Assembly (NCBI RefSeq): GCF_018977255.1
Contig: NW_024704742.1
Coordinates: 87,484,001 to 87,548,000 of the forward strand
Source: Callorhinchus milii
Taxonomy: Eukaryota
Direction of reading: 5' to 3'
Length of the DNA: 64,000 nt
A program made the translations under genes and the position numbers. This document shows positions 40,341 to 51,890 of this stretch, piece after piece (the first letter of the stretch is position 1; every line of letters begins with the position of its first letter). Under the pieces are notes generated by a model. The model was not told the DNA's origin and ran no database searches. It saw only the letters and a program-made list of their open reading frames with translations.

Positions 40341-40844
40341 GTGTAGATGGCTGAACATATCCAAACACTGGTTCTGAGCATGTCATCTCACAGGTGGCAG
40401 TGAGTGAAGGGGGAGGTTGTGCAAAAGAAAATGATGGGCTTTGGGTGTTTTTTTGCATCACTCAATTATGAGTTACATTTACCGCCTACGAGTTGTTCAT
40501 TTGCTTAACACATGTTTGTACATTTTTTTGGGAAAGTGGGGGAAGAGAGAGAGGGGAAAACTAGAGAGGACACTTCGATGTGAATTGGAGTTTGCCACTT
40601 GCCTTTGGCTGGAAAGTATCTGATGCTGCGTTTGTCAGCACGCTGTGTATAAGATGTTTAAAAGGGATTTTATGTATGGGGGATAAATTGATTTAGTTGC
40701 CTTGACGGAGATGCAGGTTATTGTTCAACATCCAGCGCCTTGGGACATCCTCCCGACGTGAAAGGCCCAGTACAAATGTAATTTGGTGGTTGTTGTTGAG
40801 ATTCCGCCTAGTGAGTAATTGAAGTAGGTAATCAAGGTTCAACT

Positions 40845-41090
40845 TTGGGCAAGTTTCCTTACTCCACGCGCCTAATAATAATCCCTCAAAAACAAAAATA
40901 AAACAATAATAAATTGGTCATTTTCAATCTACGACTGTTTGTGGGACATTGCTGTGCGCAATTGGCTGCCGCGTTCGCCCAAAAATATACAGTCAATTCA
41001 CTTTACAGTCTATTCTGTGAAGCGCTTTGGGACGTCCTCCCGACGTGAAAAGCGCTATATCAAATGCAAGGATTATTTTTATTATTATAA
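40845..41090 (+). mobile_element. tRNA-Ala SINE, 5'-truncated (L2 tail just upstream, ~40730-40797)
   Basis: Near-identical to the young copies. Confidence 0.93.
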
Positions 41091-41950
41091 CTGTATCTAC
41101 TAAAAGGCTGTGTCATGCTTCTAAATCAGTTTCTCTCTTTTTAAGACCTCAATTTTAAAAACATTGTGTGATGTATATTTAAAAAATATTTTCGTCATGT
41201 GCTGTTGTATTCTGCAGATTTAAAGGAGAATGTATGGGGCAGGTAAAGTAGTAGATTATGTTTTGTTGATGGCAGACATTCAAGGATCCACTGCAGTCAT
41301 CTTGCTACAGATCGTAGAGAGTGGAATCGGGCTGTGAAGCATATGCTGCTGACTGGACAGTGTTGAGTGGTGTTTATGAGCTGTTATGAGAAACCAGGAT
41401 GTGTAGGCAGCGAAACACATTCCAGCATTTCTTTAGTATGTACTTTGAATCTAATTTATCACAGGGTGTGTGCCGTTGGATGAAAGGTCTGTGAAAGCTT
41501 TGTGGGCGTGCATATGTTTGCTTTTGTTCTGGAAGCCAGGAACTAAGCTACAGATCTGCCAGCAGTAATGTGTCCACCAAATAATTCCAAGTGCTTGGTC
41601 TATTCAACCTGAAGCAGCAGAAAACATCAACTGAGCTTCTGCTCCATGTGCATGAGAGGGAATCTTGCTTCTTCAATTTAAATGGCAAATGTATCTTCAG
41701 GCATATTCACTCTTGTATGTCTAGAGCAAACCAGTGAGCGAAAGATTATGAGAGCATATCCACTGAGTGACGTTGAACCACATAACTCGTGCTTGAATTT
41801 TCCTCTCTTTTAAAGCTCCTCCCTACGTTTCCAACCTACTAAAACCATACCAACCTGCCTGCTCCCTCTGCTCAGCGGGCACTGGCCTGCTTCATGTCCC
41901 TACATTCCCTGTACTGTCTTTTTTGCCCCCATTACAAACACATTCACGAT

Positions 41951-42263
41951 TATAATAATAATCCTTGCATTTTGATATAGCGCTTTTCACGTCGGGAGGA
42001 AGGGCTTCACAGAATATACTGTAAAGTGAGTTGACTGTATATTTGTGGGCGAACGCGGCAGCCAATTGCGCACAGCAACGTCCCACAAACAGTCGTAGAT
42101 TGAAAATGACCAATTTATTATTGGTTTTGGTTTTTTGGAGGGATTATTATTAGGCGTGTGGAGTAAGGAAACTTGCCCAAGGTTTCGCCCTGACCTTCCT
42201 GGAATTGAACTCAGGTCTCTCGCTTGCAAAGCGAGTGCTCTAACCACTGAGCTACAGGACTCC
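41951..42263 (-). mobile_element. Full-length tRNA-Ala SINE
   Basis: Head ggagtcctgtagctcagtgg through tail. Confidence 0.95.
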
Positions 42264-43607
42264 ACATTATCATTACTATCACAATTTTATTAAGATAATT
42301 TATAACCACAATCTCTAATCAATACGTGGCCAAGGAAGGCTAATCAGTGATGTGTTAGGCTATCTTACTTCATTGGGTTGGCCTGATGCTATTGTTTTGT
42401 TTCTTTTAAAAACAAGCCTGCAGACGATGACATGTTTTAGACTTAAAAGCTGAACCCTAAGTTGAGATTTACTTGAATTTCTCCCTGTTATATGCCCAAA
42501 TATAATAATTCCATGTTTAGGTGTATCCAAACCAAACTGATGGTTTTGCCCTTCCAAGTGTTGTCAATGAGGTAGGTTGACCTTCCACAGAGGGTTGACT
42601 CAATTCCGATGTTACTCAGCCAAGTACATCACCTTGAAGCCAGCTCAACTCTAAGAAAACTCTGCTATCGTGATTTTTTTTAAGATGGGTGAAAATGCAA
42701 TAATTCAACTCCTCTCAGGTTGTTTGAGATTCATTGAGCAGTAAAAGACTACATGAAACCAATATATTACCCCAGTTTCCCACTCCTAATTACTAACTCG
42801 TAACTTCTGAAAAGTATCCAGCGTATGGCTAAACAGTGATTATCTCTGTGGTTGAATAACCTACCAACACCCTGTCACGTCCTACATGTAGGAATGGGTC
42901 AATTGGTGCTATGGGTAGGGGGATGAGGGCAGAGGAAATTGTCAGGGGAGAAGACAAACATTGAAGGAATAAGTTAGCACTGTCATCTCAATACATTGCC
43001 TTCTGATAGTATTACCGTATACACAATACACTCTTTAAAAAAAACGGTTCCCAACAAATACAAATATAAAAACAATATTGTTTTTCACATAGTGTCTGAT
43101 GAAAAGTGATACACTGTAAAGCTTATTTCACGGAGCCTCTTTGGCACGGCCACTTTCTCTTCTTCCCCCTTACAGCTGTCAAATCATAAAAACATATTTA
43201 ATTTCCAATGCAGGTGCCTCTCCAAGGAGTTGGAATGTGGCCAATGTAAAGTTACCTATCCACTCCTCAGCATTTTATTATCTGCTGAAATAAGATATAG
43301 ATACTGTGTATATCATAAAAATATTCAATTTGTATAGTGTCAGTCTTACAATAATTGGACGTAGTGGGGGAGCCTTAGTAACGTAACTGTTGTAGTGTTT
43401 ATATTCACACTGCTGTTGTCTGTGACATTGGCTGTCTTACCAAGTGTGTGCAATTTCATCATATGCTGCTACTACGCCAAAAGTTCTTCTTGCTTCTCAG
43501 AAGATGATTTGTTTTCTGTGCTTTTTATTGGCACAAATTCCATCAACCAACCTCTCTTTACTGTGTTGGGTTAAGTGCAAGCACACGCTCCAATTACCAG
43601 CATTCGA

Positions 43608-43855
43608 CAGGTGTCTCTGACACATACGGAAAACCCATCACAAGGCTTAGGAGTATCCAAACCCAGACATGGTTCCATGCATGCCATCTACATATGGAAA
43701 TTTCCATGTGTGGAATTGAATCTGTACTTTCTCCCTGGAGGGATTCACCCTGCTTACCTCGTGCTGGAGAACATTAGGCGCAGGTTGACAAGTCAAGATT
43801 TTGGGGACCCCTGAGTGTGCGTTGGTGTACTAAATGAGTCTAACCAGTTAAAACT
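43608..43855 (-). mobile_element. Unclassified retroposon family X (longest copy)
   Basis: Shares acgcacactc.ggggtcc, aacctgcgcctaat, gaggtaagcagg and tttggatactc with the other copies. Confidence 0.8.
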
Positions 43856-44927
43856 GCATAGCTTACCTGTCCAGTTAGGACCACCCTATCCATTAGGGGT
43901 TTGGCTTGCAGGGTTAACAGGAACTGAGTGGGAAGAATCCCCTCCCCCAATGACTAACTAAGATTGTGTCAGATTAAATGCTGTCTCATTTAAGTGTTGC
44001 TGACTCCCAAGTTGCTGTTTGATGGTAAAATGGCTCAACTGAAGGAAGCAAATGATGCTTCTCATCCAGTCTGTATCAATTTGTTTTATCACGATAATTC
44101 AAGCATCATCTTTAGAGTAGGAATACAAAACGGAGAATTTAAGACCACGGTGTTGAATTTGTTTCAGTTTCAATGATAATATTTTTCTGCCTTTTATTGG
44201 CTTTCACTTGTTATTTTATTTCTTTGTAATGTTCCTTGCAGTGATGTCTGACGCAGCCGTTCATTGTTTCTTGTAGCAGACGATGCCCACTTGTCCTGAT
44301 GGATCTTTCACGCTCATCAAAGAATGACTTCTGGTTGCTACAGAGTTCAGCCTCCACTGTGCTGTACATTTATATCTTGCAGGACAAGCGGTAATTTGCT
44401 CTCGTTAGATTATTTGGAAGAATACTATTGAAAGCTTAAATGGCGATTTCAGGCTCCAGGAACTTGTTTACACCCAGAAAGTGTTTAAGTAACCAGAACC
44501 CATCACAAATTCATTTTATAATGCATAATATTGATTTCATTATTGTAAGGGTATACTGTTAGACCCAAGGCTCCTATTTTAGTTGCACGAGGAACCATCT
44601 CATGTTCTCCATCACAGTTTAAATTACATAACGGTCTCAATCTTTGTGTCTCGTAACAAAAATAAGGAGCTGTTTCAGGATGCACTCATGCAATAACACC
44701 CTATTTAACATTTTGCCTGAGATTGATCAACTGAAATAGAAATCAAATAACATTTTCTTCATAAACATTGGACTAAATCAATTCTGGGGAATGGATATGG
44801 AACCCAGAATTGATCGTACTCTAATGCTTGCTGTGTTTCCCTCTGTCTTCCATCTATTTCAGCAACAGTGTCATTTATATAACTCCCTTTACTCAGGGTG
44901 GCACTTGATCATAAGTTTCTGGACTTG

Positions 44928-45240
44928 TGGTACTGGATAGCTTGATGGTTTAACGCACTGGTTTCCCTTCAGACACTTGGATTCTACTCCACCACCAGTG
45001 GGATGGAACTGAGTCCCTTCTTTCCATGAATTAAAATGAATCCAGCTTCAATTCTGTTGAGTGTCTAGGGTTGGCATAAGGACCCAGTGCAAACTTGCAC
45101 TGAAATTAGATGTCTCACTCGAGGACCTAAGACAATGCAGGTACATGAAATAGACATGTAATTTGCTGTGAATAATGTGCTTATCTGATGAGATTGAGGC
45201 ACAATTTAATGACTGGATTGAAGGCATTGTAACTGTCTTG
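44928..45240 (+). mobile_element. Ancient LF-SINE-like element
   Basis: Colinear motifs actggatagct, aaatga, ttgcact.aatt, ttgaggcaca resemble the LF-SINE consensus as recalled. Confidence 0.45.
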
Positions 45241-45795
45241 CGATTGAAAATGATGCTGCATGCAAAAAAAACTTCCTGAGCATGGGCCTAAGTGTTTATT
45301 AACATTAATGTCTTTACTGCGGGCAAATGCAATCCTGGCTTGGTAGAGGCGTGCAGATGGAATTTTTCAACAAAGTCTGCGCTATCTTCGATTTGTTGTT
45401 TGGTCCAGGCTCTGTCACATTTGAATTCATTTTGACTTGTAATTTGTGTTTGAACATGTCCTTGGCAAGTGCTTAAAATACGACTCCAGTGCTGGCAAGT
45501 TCACCGTGATTACCCACAGAACTTGTGTTATACGCATGAATGATGCTGCCTTCCTTGCCTCTCTCTGTGAAATCTTGGGTTACCTTTTATATCTGTTCTG
45601 GCCATGACCCTGCTGGCATTGCACTTATTAATTACAAGCCTACTCCTTCTTTCTCTCAAAACTCAGCAGCACTGTACCTTGAGATTAAAAAAAAGGCATA
45701 CCCTTGTTGAATATCAATGTGTTTTCCATCATCCGGCAAAAAAATCAAGTTAATGCTTTTTTCCAACCTAGATCCCATTTTAGCTTGTTGATATA

Positions 45796-46204
45796 AATAT
45801 AATCTTTGCAATTGATACAGTACCTAAAACATTGAACATCGCAAAGCACTTTACAAAGTTTTCTGTAAAGTGTAGTGACTGTATTTTAAAGTAACGCAGC
45901 AGCCAATTTGTGGACAGCAAGTCCCGCAAACAACCATGAAGCAAATGATTAATTTTATCTGGGGGATTTTTGGCCAGGACATCGGGAGAAACTCCTTTCT
46001 CTTTTCGAATGGTGCCATGGGATCTTTAACGTTCACCTGAAACTTGAAGATGGGACTTCGGTTTAATGTTTCATCCAAAGGAAAGCACCTCTAGCAATGC
46101 AACACTTTCCCAGCACGGGACTAGAATGTCAGCCTGGACCTTAGACCTGAACCCACATCCTTCTGTTCCAGAGGCTAGAGTGCTAACGACTGAGCCAAGA
46201 TGAC
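45796..46204 (-). mobile_element. Deu-domain SINE, near full length
   Basis: Colinear with 19365-19788. Confidence 0.85.
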
Positions 46205-47717
46205 TTTAGACTATGATTCTGCAGTGTAGTCTAAAATTAAAGATCTGATTTTATAGAAATTTATTGCCTTGTGCAGAAGGTTTATTTGCCCCACAGCTTT
46301 GTCAGTTTATTTCTCGTGTTTTGTCTCCCGATGGCATTTTTTTAATTTGGAATTTGTTTACGAGTAGATTTAGTGGCACGACCCTTTTGAGCTTGGGTAT
46401 CTTTCACTCAAACAATTCTGAACTTTGCCTCAGAATAAAGGATCAGTGAACTGCATGTTGTTGATGTGGCTATGTGGTTTGGCTTGTGCAGAAGGCACTC
46501 CCTGGGTCCTATCCTTTATTTTTGCTGAAAGCGGAGTTTTGTTTATCTCAGGAAATCTAGGTTTTATTCCGTTGCTTCACATTCCTTCCACTGTTGATGT
46601 GTACAACTTAGTTGATGTGTACAGAGCATTAGCTTTTCGGGAACTAAGATGTTTCTCAGGTTCACAATTTCAGGCGTTTCTCAAAGGAACCATGTCCTCG
46701 AACATTACAAATTCTAGGTGATACCAATAATGTTTGCGTGTCTACACGTGCAAGAGAATTATGTGACTTAAACATACATATTGTTCAATTTGTCCAGATT
46801 TAATCTTCTTTAATTTATTTCAACATTTGTCATCCCCACCCTGTGTTTGCAGAGCTACTTTTACTCGTATTCCACGGTAAAAAAAATCTCTCTTCGAGAT
46901 GAGTATGGTTCAGTTGTGAGGCCTTCACAGCTGACCATCTGTTGACACTTGTATCTTGAGTTCATGTATGAAGAATAGTCACTTGAGTGAGGTAACTGAA
47001 GGTACTTAGCTCCTGTGGGATTATACTCCAACAGGAAGGGAGTGGTGAAAGAAACCAAAGCAGCATATAAGATATCAAAGCATTTGTAATGTTTCAGTAT
47101 GGAATTTATTGTATCTTGAGGCCTATGTGGTTTCATCTGCGGAATGCAGAGTTGAAAGGTCTGAGTGAGCTTCATCCCCATTCCCATACAAGCAACTTGT
47201 TTATCTTCTTGCAAAGACAGGATTCTTCACTTGCTTGTTCATAAAACTGTTTCTTGAATTGTGTGGTTTTGAAGAGAATCATCTCAATGTAATCTGCATC
47301 GAGAGAAGGTTGACTCTATGGTGTTGCTCACATGTGTGCGGCTTGCAAAACTGTCCCCTTTGTTGATGGCAACAGTTATTTAAAGTGAGTATTTATTATG
47401 TCACCCTGTGTTTATATAGTGCATTCATTTTACATTACCAAAGCGTAAGTGCTTTGAACTTTATGCTCAGGTTTCACAGATTTCAACTGGATTATCGTGC
47501 AGGTTTGTCGAGACTGCAGTTATTGATAAGTCGGGTGGCATGGAGTGGGTGGGAGAGAGAAATTGTGCAGTTTTTTGTAACTGCTTATATCCAGCAGTAT
47601 ATGATTTTCCTGATTCCCTTTAGCATTTGATTTTTTTTTAAACCGAACAGCATTTGATATGACTTTTAGTTCTAGCTCTGGTTTGAGAGTGTTATGCTAA
47701 AGGCCTTTACAAAAAAC

Positions 47718-48045
47718 GCAACAACAACAAATCATATTTGTAAAGCACCTTTCATGTTGGGAGGATGTCCCAAGGCATTGGACAGTCAGGGATTTGGACC
47801 CTAGCAGGGGGTTGGGGGTGGAGGGAGGGTAGGGAAGGAGGGTGGCTAAAGGCTCGGTTGAAAAGGAGGGTCTTGAGTCGTGCTTTGAAGGAGGAAGGGC
47901 GGGAGCAAGGTGAAGGGGCTGTGGGATGAAGTTCCAAAGGGTGGGGTCAGAGAAGATGAAGGCCCGACCGCTGATGGTGGGGCGGTCCGGTCAGGGTGGG
48001 GGACGTGGAGCAGGTCGCAGCCTGCTGAGCGGACGGAGCAGACAG
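47718..48045 (-). mobile_element. L2 3' fragment
   Basis: SFKARLKTLLFNRAF motif and L2 tail. Confidence 0.87.
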
Positions 48046-49081
48046 GTTTATATGTTATCGTTGCTTGGATCACAATTTTTTTGGGTAGGCTGGGTTTTTT
48101 CAGAGGAATGGCTATTTTAAGACCTTGAGATAATTGCTGTGAAACAGAAAATCTTTGCAATTCTTTATGTAATTGGATGAAAGTTACGCCCTGTGCCTTT
48201 TCTGGGACACGTCAATTGTAAATGTTTCAAATAACCTGGTCTTCTTAAATAAATAAAATAAAACTATTTGATGCTATTCTAGATTGGGGGCTTTGACACA
48301 GTGTTGGTAAGTCTACTTTGGATGAGTTTGTTTTGGAAGTTTTATAAAGTTGAAGTTGAAAGGAAAATTATTTTTAAGTGCAGTATTAAAATGTTTCTGA
48401 AGTCTAGTTATGGTGGTTTTGTGCAGCAAATCCTGTGTTCACGTTCCTAGAAAAGCAATAAAAACTTAATCTTTCTTTGATCTCCACATGCAACCGTTTC
48501 TAATTAGTAGAACATTCTAATGATGCAAAAGCCTGCACCCTATTTTTTGATAACCAGTCGCACAAATTGTTTCTTGTAGTGTGTGCACATACTTGCGCTT
48601 TATTCGCTGCAATGACTTCTCACAAGAAAATAAAATCTTAGATTATTTACATTTTTCAAAATGGTGCCTTCAAGCTCCCTGCCTCCCCCTGCCAGCCCCC
48701 CCCCCCCTACCCCCGCCACCATTACTTTCTAGTTGTACATGTGCAACAAACCCTTAGAATGAACCACCAACTTTCCAAGTTTCTTGTTTATTTTTACAGC
48801 CATCTGGGAATTTGTTTGATAATCTAAACATGCCCGTGGATGAATGCACGAACATCTTGACAACATTAATGTGCAAAATAATTATAATTGCCGTTTTGGG
48901 GATCACAAACTTTTTCCTGTGATTTATTGTGCTGTGATGATATATGTGCATGTAAAAAACAAAGCCGTGCGAGTTATTTAATTGCATCATGTGTACTATA
49001 ATTAGCTCCAGTTAATGAATGGTGATGTGCTCACACATACCTAATCTGACATAACATTTTTTTTTCTTTTCTCCTTTGCAG

Positions 49082-49161
49082 GTTGCATGACTGGCTGGAC
49101 TTTCTGCATGGCGGTTGCATGCCTAATGTCTTTTTGGATTTATGAGTAAACCGCTGCAGAT
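49082..49161 (+). other. KANK1: KANK1 5'UTR part of the ATG exon
   Basis: Preceded by branch-point-like ctaat/ctgac, a long T/C tract and tgcag acceptor at 49080-49081. Confidence 0.8.
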
Positions 49162-49195
49162 ATGGCTCACACTGTGATTAATGAGAGTGTACCAG
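49162..49195 (+). CDS. KANK1: KANK1 first coding exon (MAHTVINESVP + G of split Glu codon)
   Basis: ATG in strong context (gatATGG). The peptide resembles the vertebrate KANK1 N-terminus MAHT. The donor CAG|gtaac is phase 1, matching the acceptor at 62704. Confidence 0.9.
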
Positions 49196-50129
49196 GTAAC
49201 CAATTACATTTTTCCTGCAACAATAATGTATCGTCAAGATCTATGTCAAGTGGTGATCTGTCCCAGGGCAGTGTCATGAGATTGCTTAAAAATCCTGCAA
49301 TTCCTCCAGGCACATGAACTATTGGTACAAAACGTACAATTTCCGGATGGCAGAATTTCCGCTCTGTTTTCTGAGCAGGAATTCTTTGATGATTTGATTA
49401 TGATGGGGAAAAAATCCCATTTGGAGGTCAACATCATGGATGTGCTGCACTGAGAGCTGGCCGGGATTTCAGCTTTCCATTAACAAAATGTGTTCCCTTC
49501 CTTGACTTTTCTGTTTCTGACCTTTAAAACGTTTGAGGCACCATCACTTATCGCCCACTCTTAATCACTGTCCAGTAAATTAAATAATGGGACCAAATGG
49601 ATAATAAATGATGCTCTTCAAGTTATAGTATAAACAAAATGAATGCTAAATCTTGAATGCTTATTATCTTAATCAAAGAGTGTGATAGTTTGTTAAGCAT
49701 GCAACTAATGTGTATGACCCGTGTGGTTTTTGGCTGTAGTGTTCAATAATGGTTTTCTATTGACAGTAACTGTAAGATTTTGTAGATGTTAACCCAAACC
49801 AATATGACGAATGTGTGTCCCCTGTTGCATAAGTTTGAATAAGTTTCAATCCATGTTTTGGTGGCTGACATGTCTGTATTTTTAAAAAAAACCGACTAAT
49901 CCCCTCCCGAATCCTTCTTGTAACTTGGGTATGATTCTGAAAAGCTTTATAATTTGCCATCCATTGTATGAGAAATGTTAGCTTCTGATGTAAAGGATCT
50001 AATTTTAGGAACAATGAGTTAATGGGTGCTGAATATGAGCCAGACTGAAGCTACATAAAGCAAGATCTAAGCACATATCTAATTTGTTTTAAGTTCCTTG
50101 AGGTTGTAAGTTAGTACTTGACATTCAGA

Positions 50130-51050
50130 AAGAATCTGATGTGACCTCTCAGGGGAGCACTAATGACTAAACTAAAAGGTAGTTGAATGAGATCCAGTAT
50201 AAAGTTGCATGTCGGGTTAGTAATTGGTTAGGTAATGGGAAAATAGGTAGTTATCATCAGTAATGATCTAATTGGGCAGATGAAATCAGATCCCTCCTGA
50301 TGAGTCGCAGCCCATTCCTTTCACAACAACTCCATTATTGACCTTGAAGGTAGTTTTTTTTTAAAGTAGAATGTTTCTGCTGGTTGATGTAAAGAGATGA
50401 GGCTGGAGCATTCTTAAGGTATGTTAGCAAACTGTAGCATTTGACATTTAATGTCATGAACTGTAAGACAGTTCATAATAATGGAAAAATAGCAAGCATA
50501 TTGTTAAACTGTTCCCACTATCCCTTATTTATGTCTGCCTTGAGTCACAATTCTCAAGATACAATAATTCTATTGGTCAGTAACTCTACGTTTCAGCCTG
50601 GCTCAATTGGTAGCATTCTCATCTCTGAATCAGAATGTTGTGCATTCAAGTCCTATGTCTTTGAGAACGCCAATTTAATATAGTGCTGGATTATTGGAGG
50701 AAGCGTCCTTTGGATGAGACATTAAATTGTTGGTAACCTGAAGTGAAGTGTCAGATGCCATCATTGGATACTTTGCTCAGTTCGGGCATTCATACCAAAA
50801 AAAAGTCAATCATTGGAAGGGCTTAAGGAGGACAAGGATGTGGTAAAGAAACTACCGTAATCCATACATTCAGAATCCTGAGGGATGGTGAGGTGAAACC
50901 AGAGTTGGTTTATAAAGTTAAAGAAATTGTGCAGGTTTAAGGGAAGTAATTATTTTACACGTATCTTTGCTGGAATGTGGAGTAGACTGGCTGGTTGGTA
51001 TAGGGGCTAAGGATGTAGTGAAAGGGCCAATTGGATAGATTCTTCAACAT
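50130..51050 (+). mobile_element. Highly decayed CR1 ORF2 remnant with a Deu-SINE head (~50593-50730) inserted
   Basis: Residual NWL..R.V, LFT..I.DL and FTR..WS.L-like motifs. Confidence 0.5.
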
Positions 51051-51557
51051 GTGTATGTATTTTTCTGATCACTATTTGTCCAGGGTTATGGTCAGTCCGC
51101 TACCACACACCATCCTTAGTTGCAATCGGGTATGTGTCTTGCTCCTCAGTCACTATCAATGAGCTTTGGGCCAACTGCTTGTACTGCCTGAGAGCAGATT
51201 GAGGGTGAGACTGTTATTTTTGGCCACATCTCACTTTGGGATATAAATGAGAGCTTATTCTTTTTATAATCTGCAAAGGTAAGCCATTCTAACTACAGTT
51301 TTGGAACACATCTTCTGTTTCTTTCAAGGAGCTGTGTGCTATAATTGTGACCTGGCCTATGTTATACAACCGTTCAAAGTTCCACTGAGATGTATCTGTA
51401 TTACAGGCAATCTTCCTCTAGTCGAGGCTGATGTATTCCTATTCTCTGCTCGGCTCCTGATCCGGATTTTGTTTTTCTCATTTCACGGGTTAAAAGTTAC
51501 AAGGGGCATCTCTTAAATGTGTCTATCAATCTTCAAGCTTTTAGCTTCCAAGAGGTA

Positions 51558-51890
51558 TCTGCTTGGCTCAGTTGGTACCAGTCTCGCTTCTGACCAGAAG
51601 TTTGTAGATTCACCAAGAACAACAACTTGCATTTATATAGCACCGTTCATGCAGGGCAGCGACTCAGAACATTTAAGGTTCAAGCCCCCCATCAGGACTT
51701 TCGAACTCATAGTCTAGGCTGACGCTTCAATACAGTGCTGAATGCTGCGTTGTTGCAGGTGCCGTCCTTCGGATAAGACATTAAACTGAGGTTGCGTCTC
51801 CCTGTTCAGGCAGAGTTAAAGATCCCATTACACTATTTGGAAAAGGGAAGGGAATTTCTCATGCTGTCCTGGCCAACAATCCTTCAGATA
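51558..51890 (+). mobile_element. Deu-SINE with an inverted L2 tail inserted in the B box (51613-51675)
   Basis: AGATTCA / AGGTTCA duplication flanks the insert. Confidence 0.8.

Noticed and set aside
14951..42263. Recurring short ORFs such as [17 protein letters not shown] / [10 protein letters not shown]
   Set aside because: Translations of the same SINE, not a gene family. The copies are dispersed, so not a CRISPR-like array.
43095..43135. Second hammerhead-like string CTGATGA-AA-AGTG-ATA-CACT-GTAAAGCTTA
   Set aside because: The GAAA core is interrupted, stem I is unconvincing, and there is no Penelope context.
44242..44390. Possible cassette 5'UTR exon (pyrimidine tract, AG ... GCG|GTAATT)
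   Set aside because: Weak donor and several competing AGs; not supportable without transcripts.
46593..46623. Short tandem duplications (also ~35148, ~59930, ~60758, ~61880)
   Set aside because: Ordinary slippage or repair duplications of 10-15 bp.
1..49000. Coding exons of a neighbouring gene such as DOCK8
   Set aside because: I recognised no host coding exon by eye, though small exons could have been missed.
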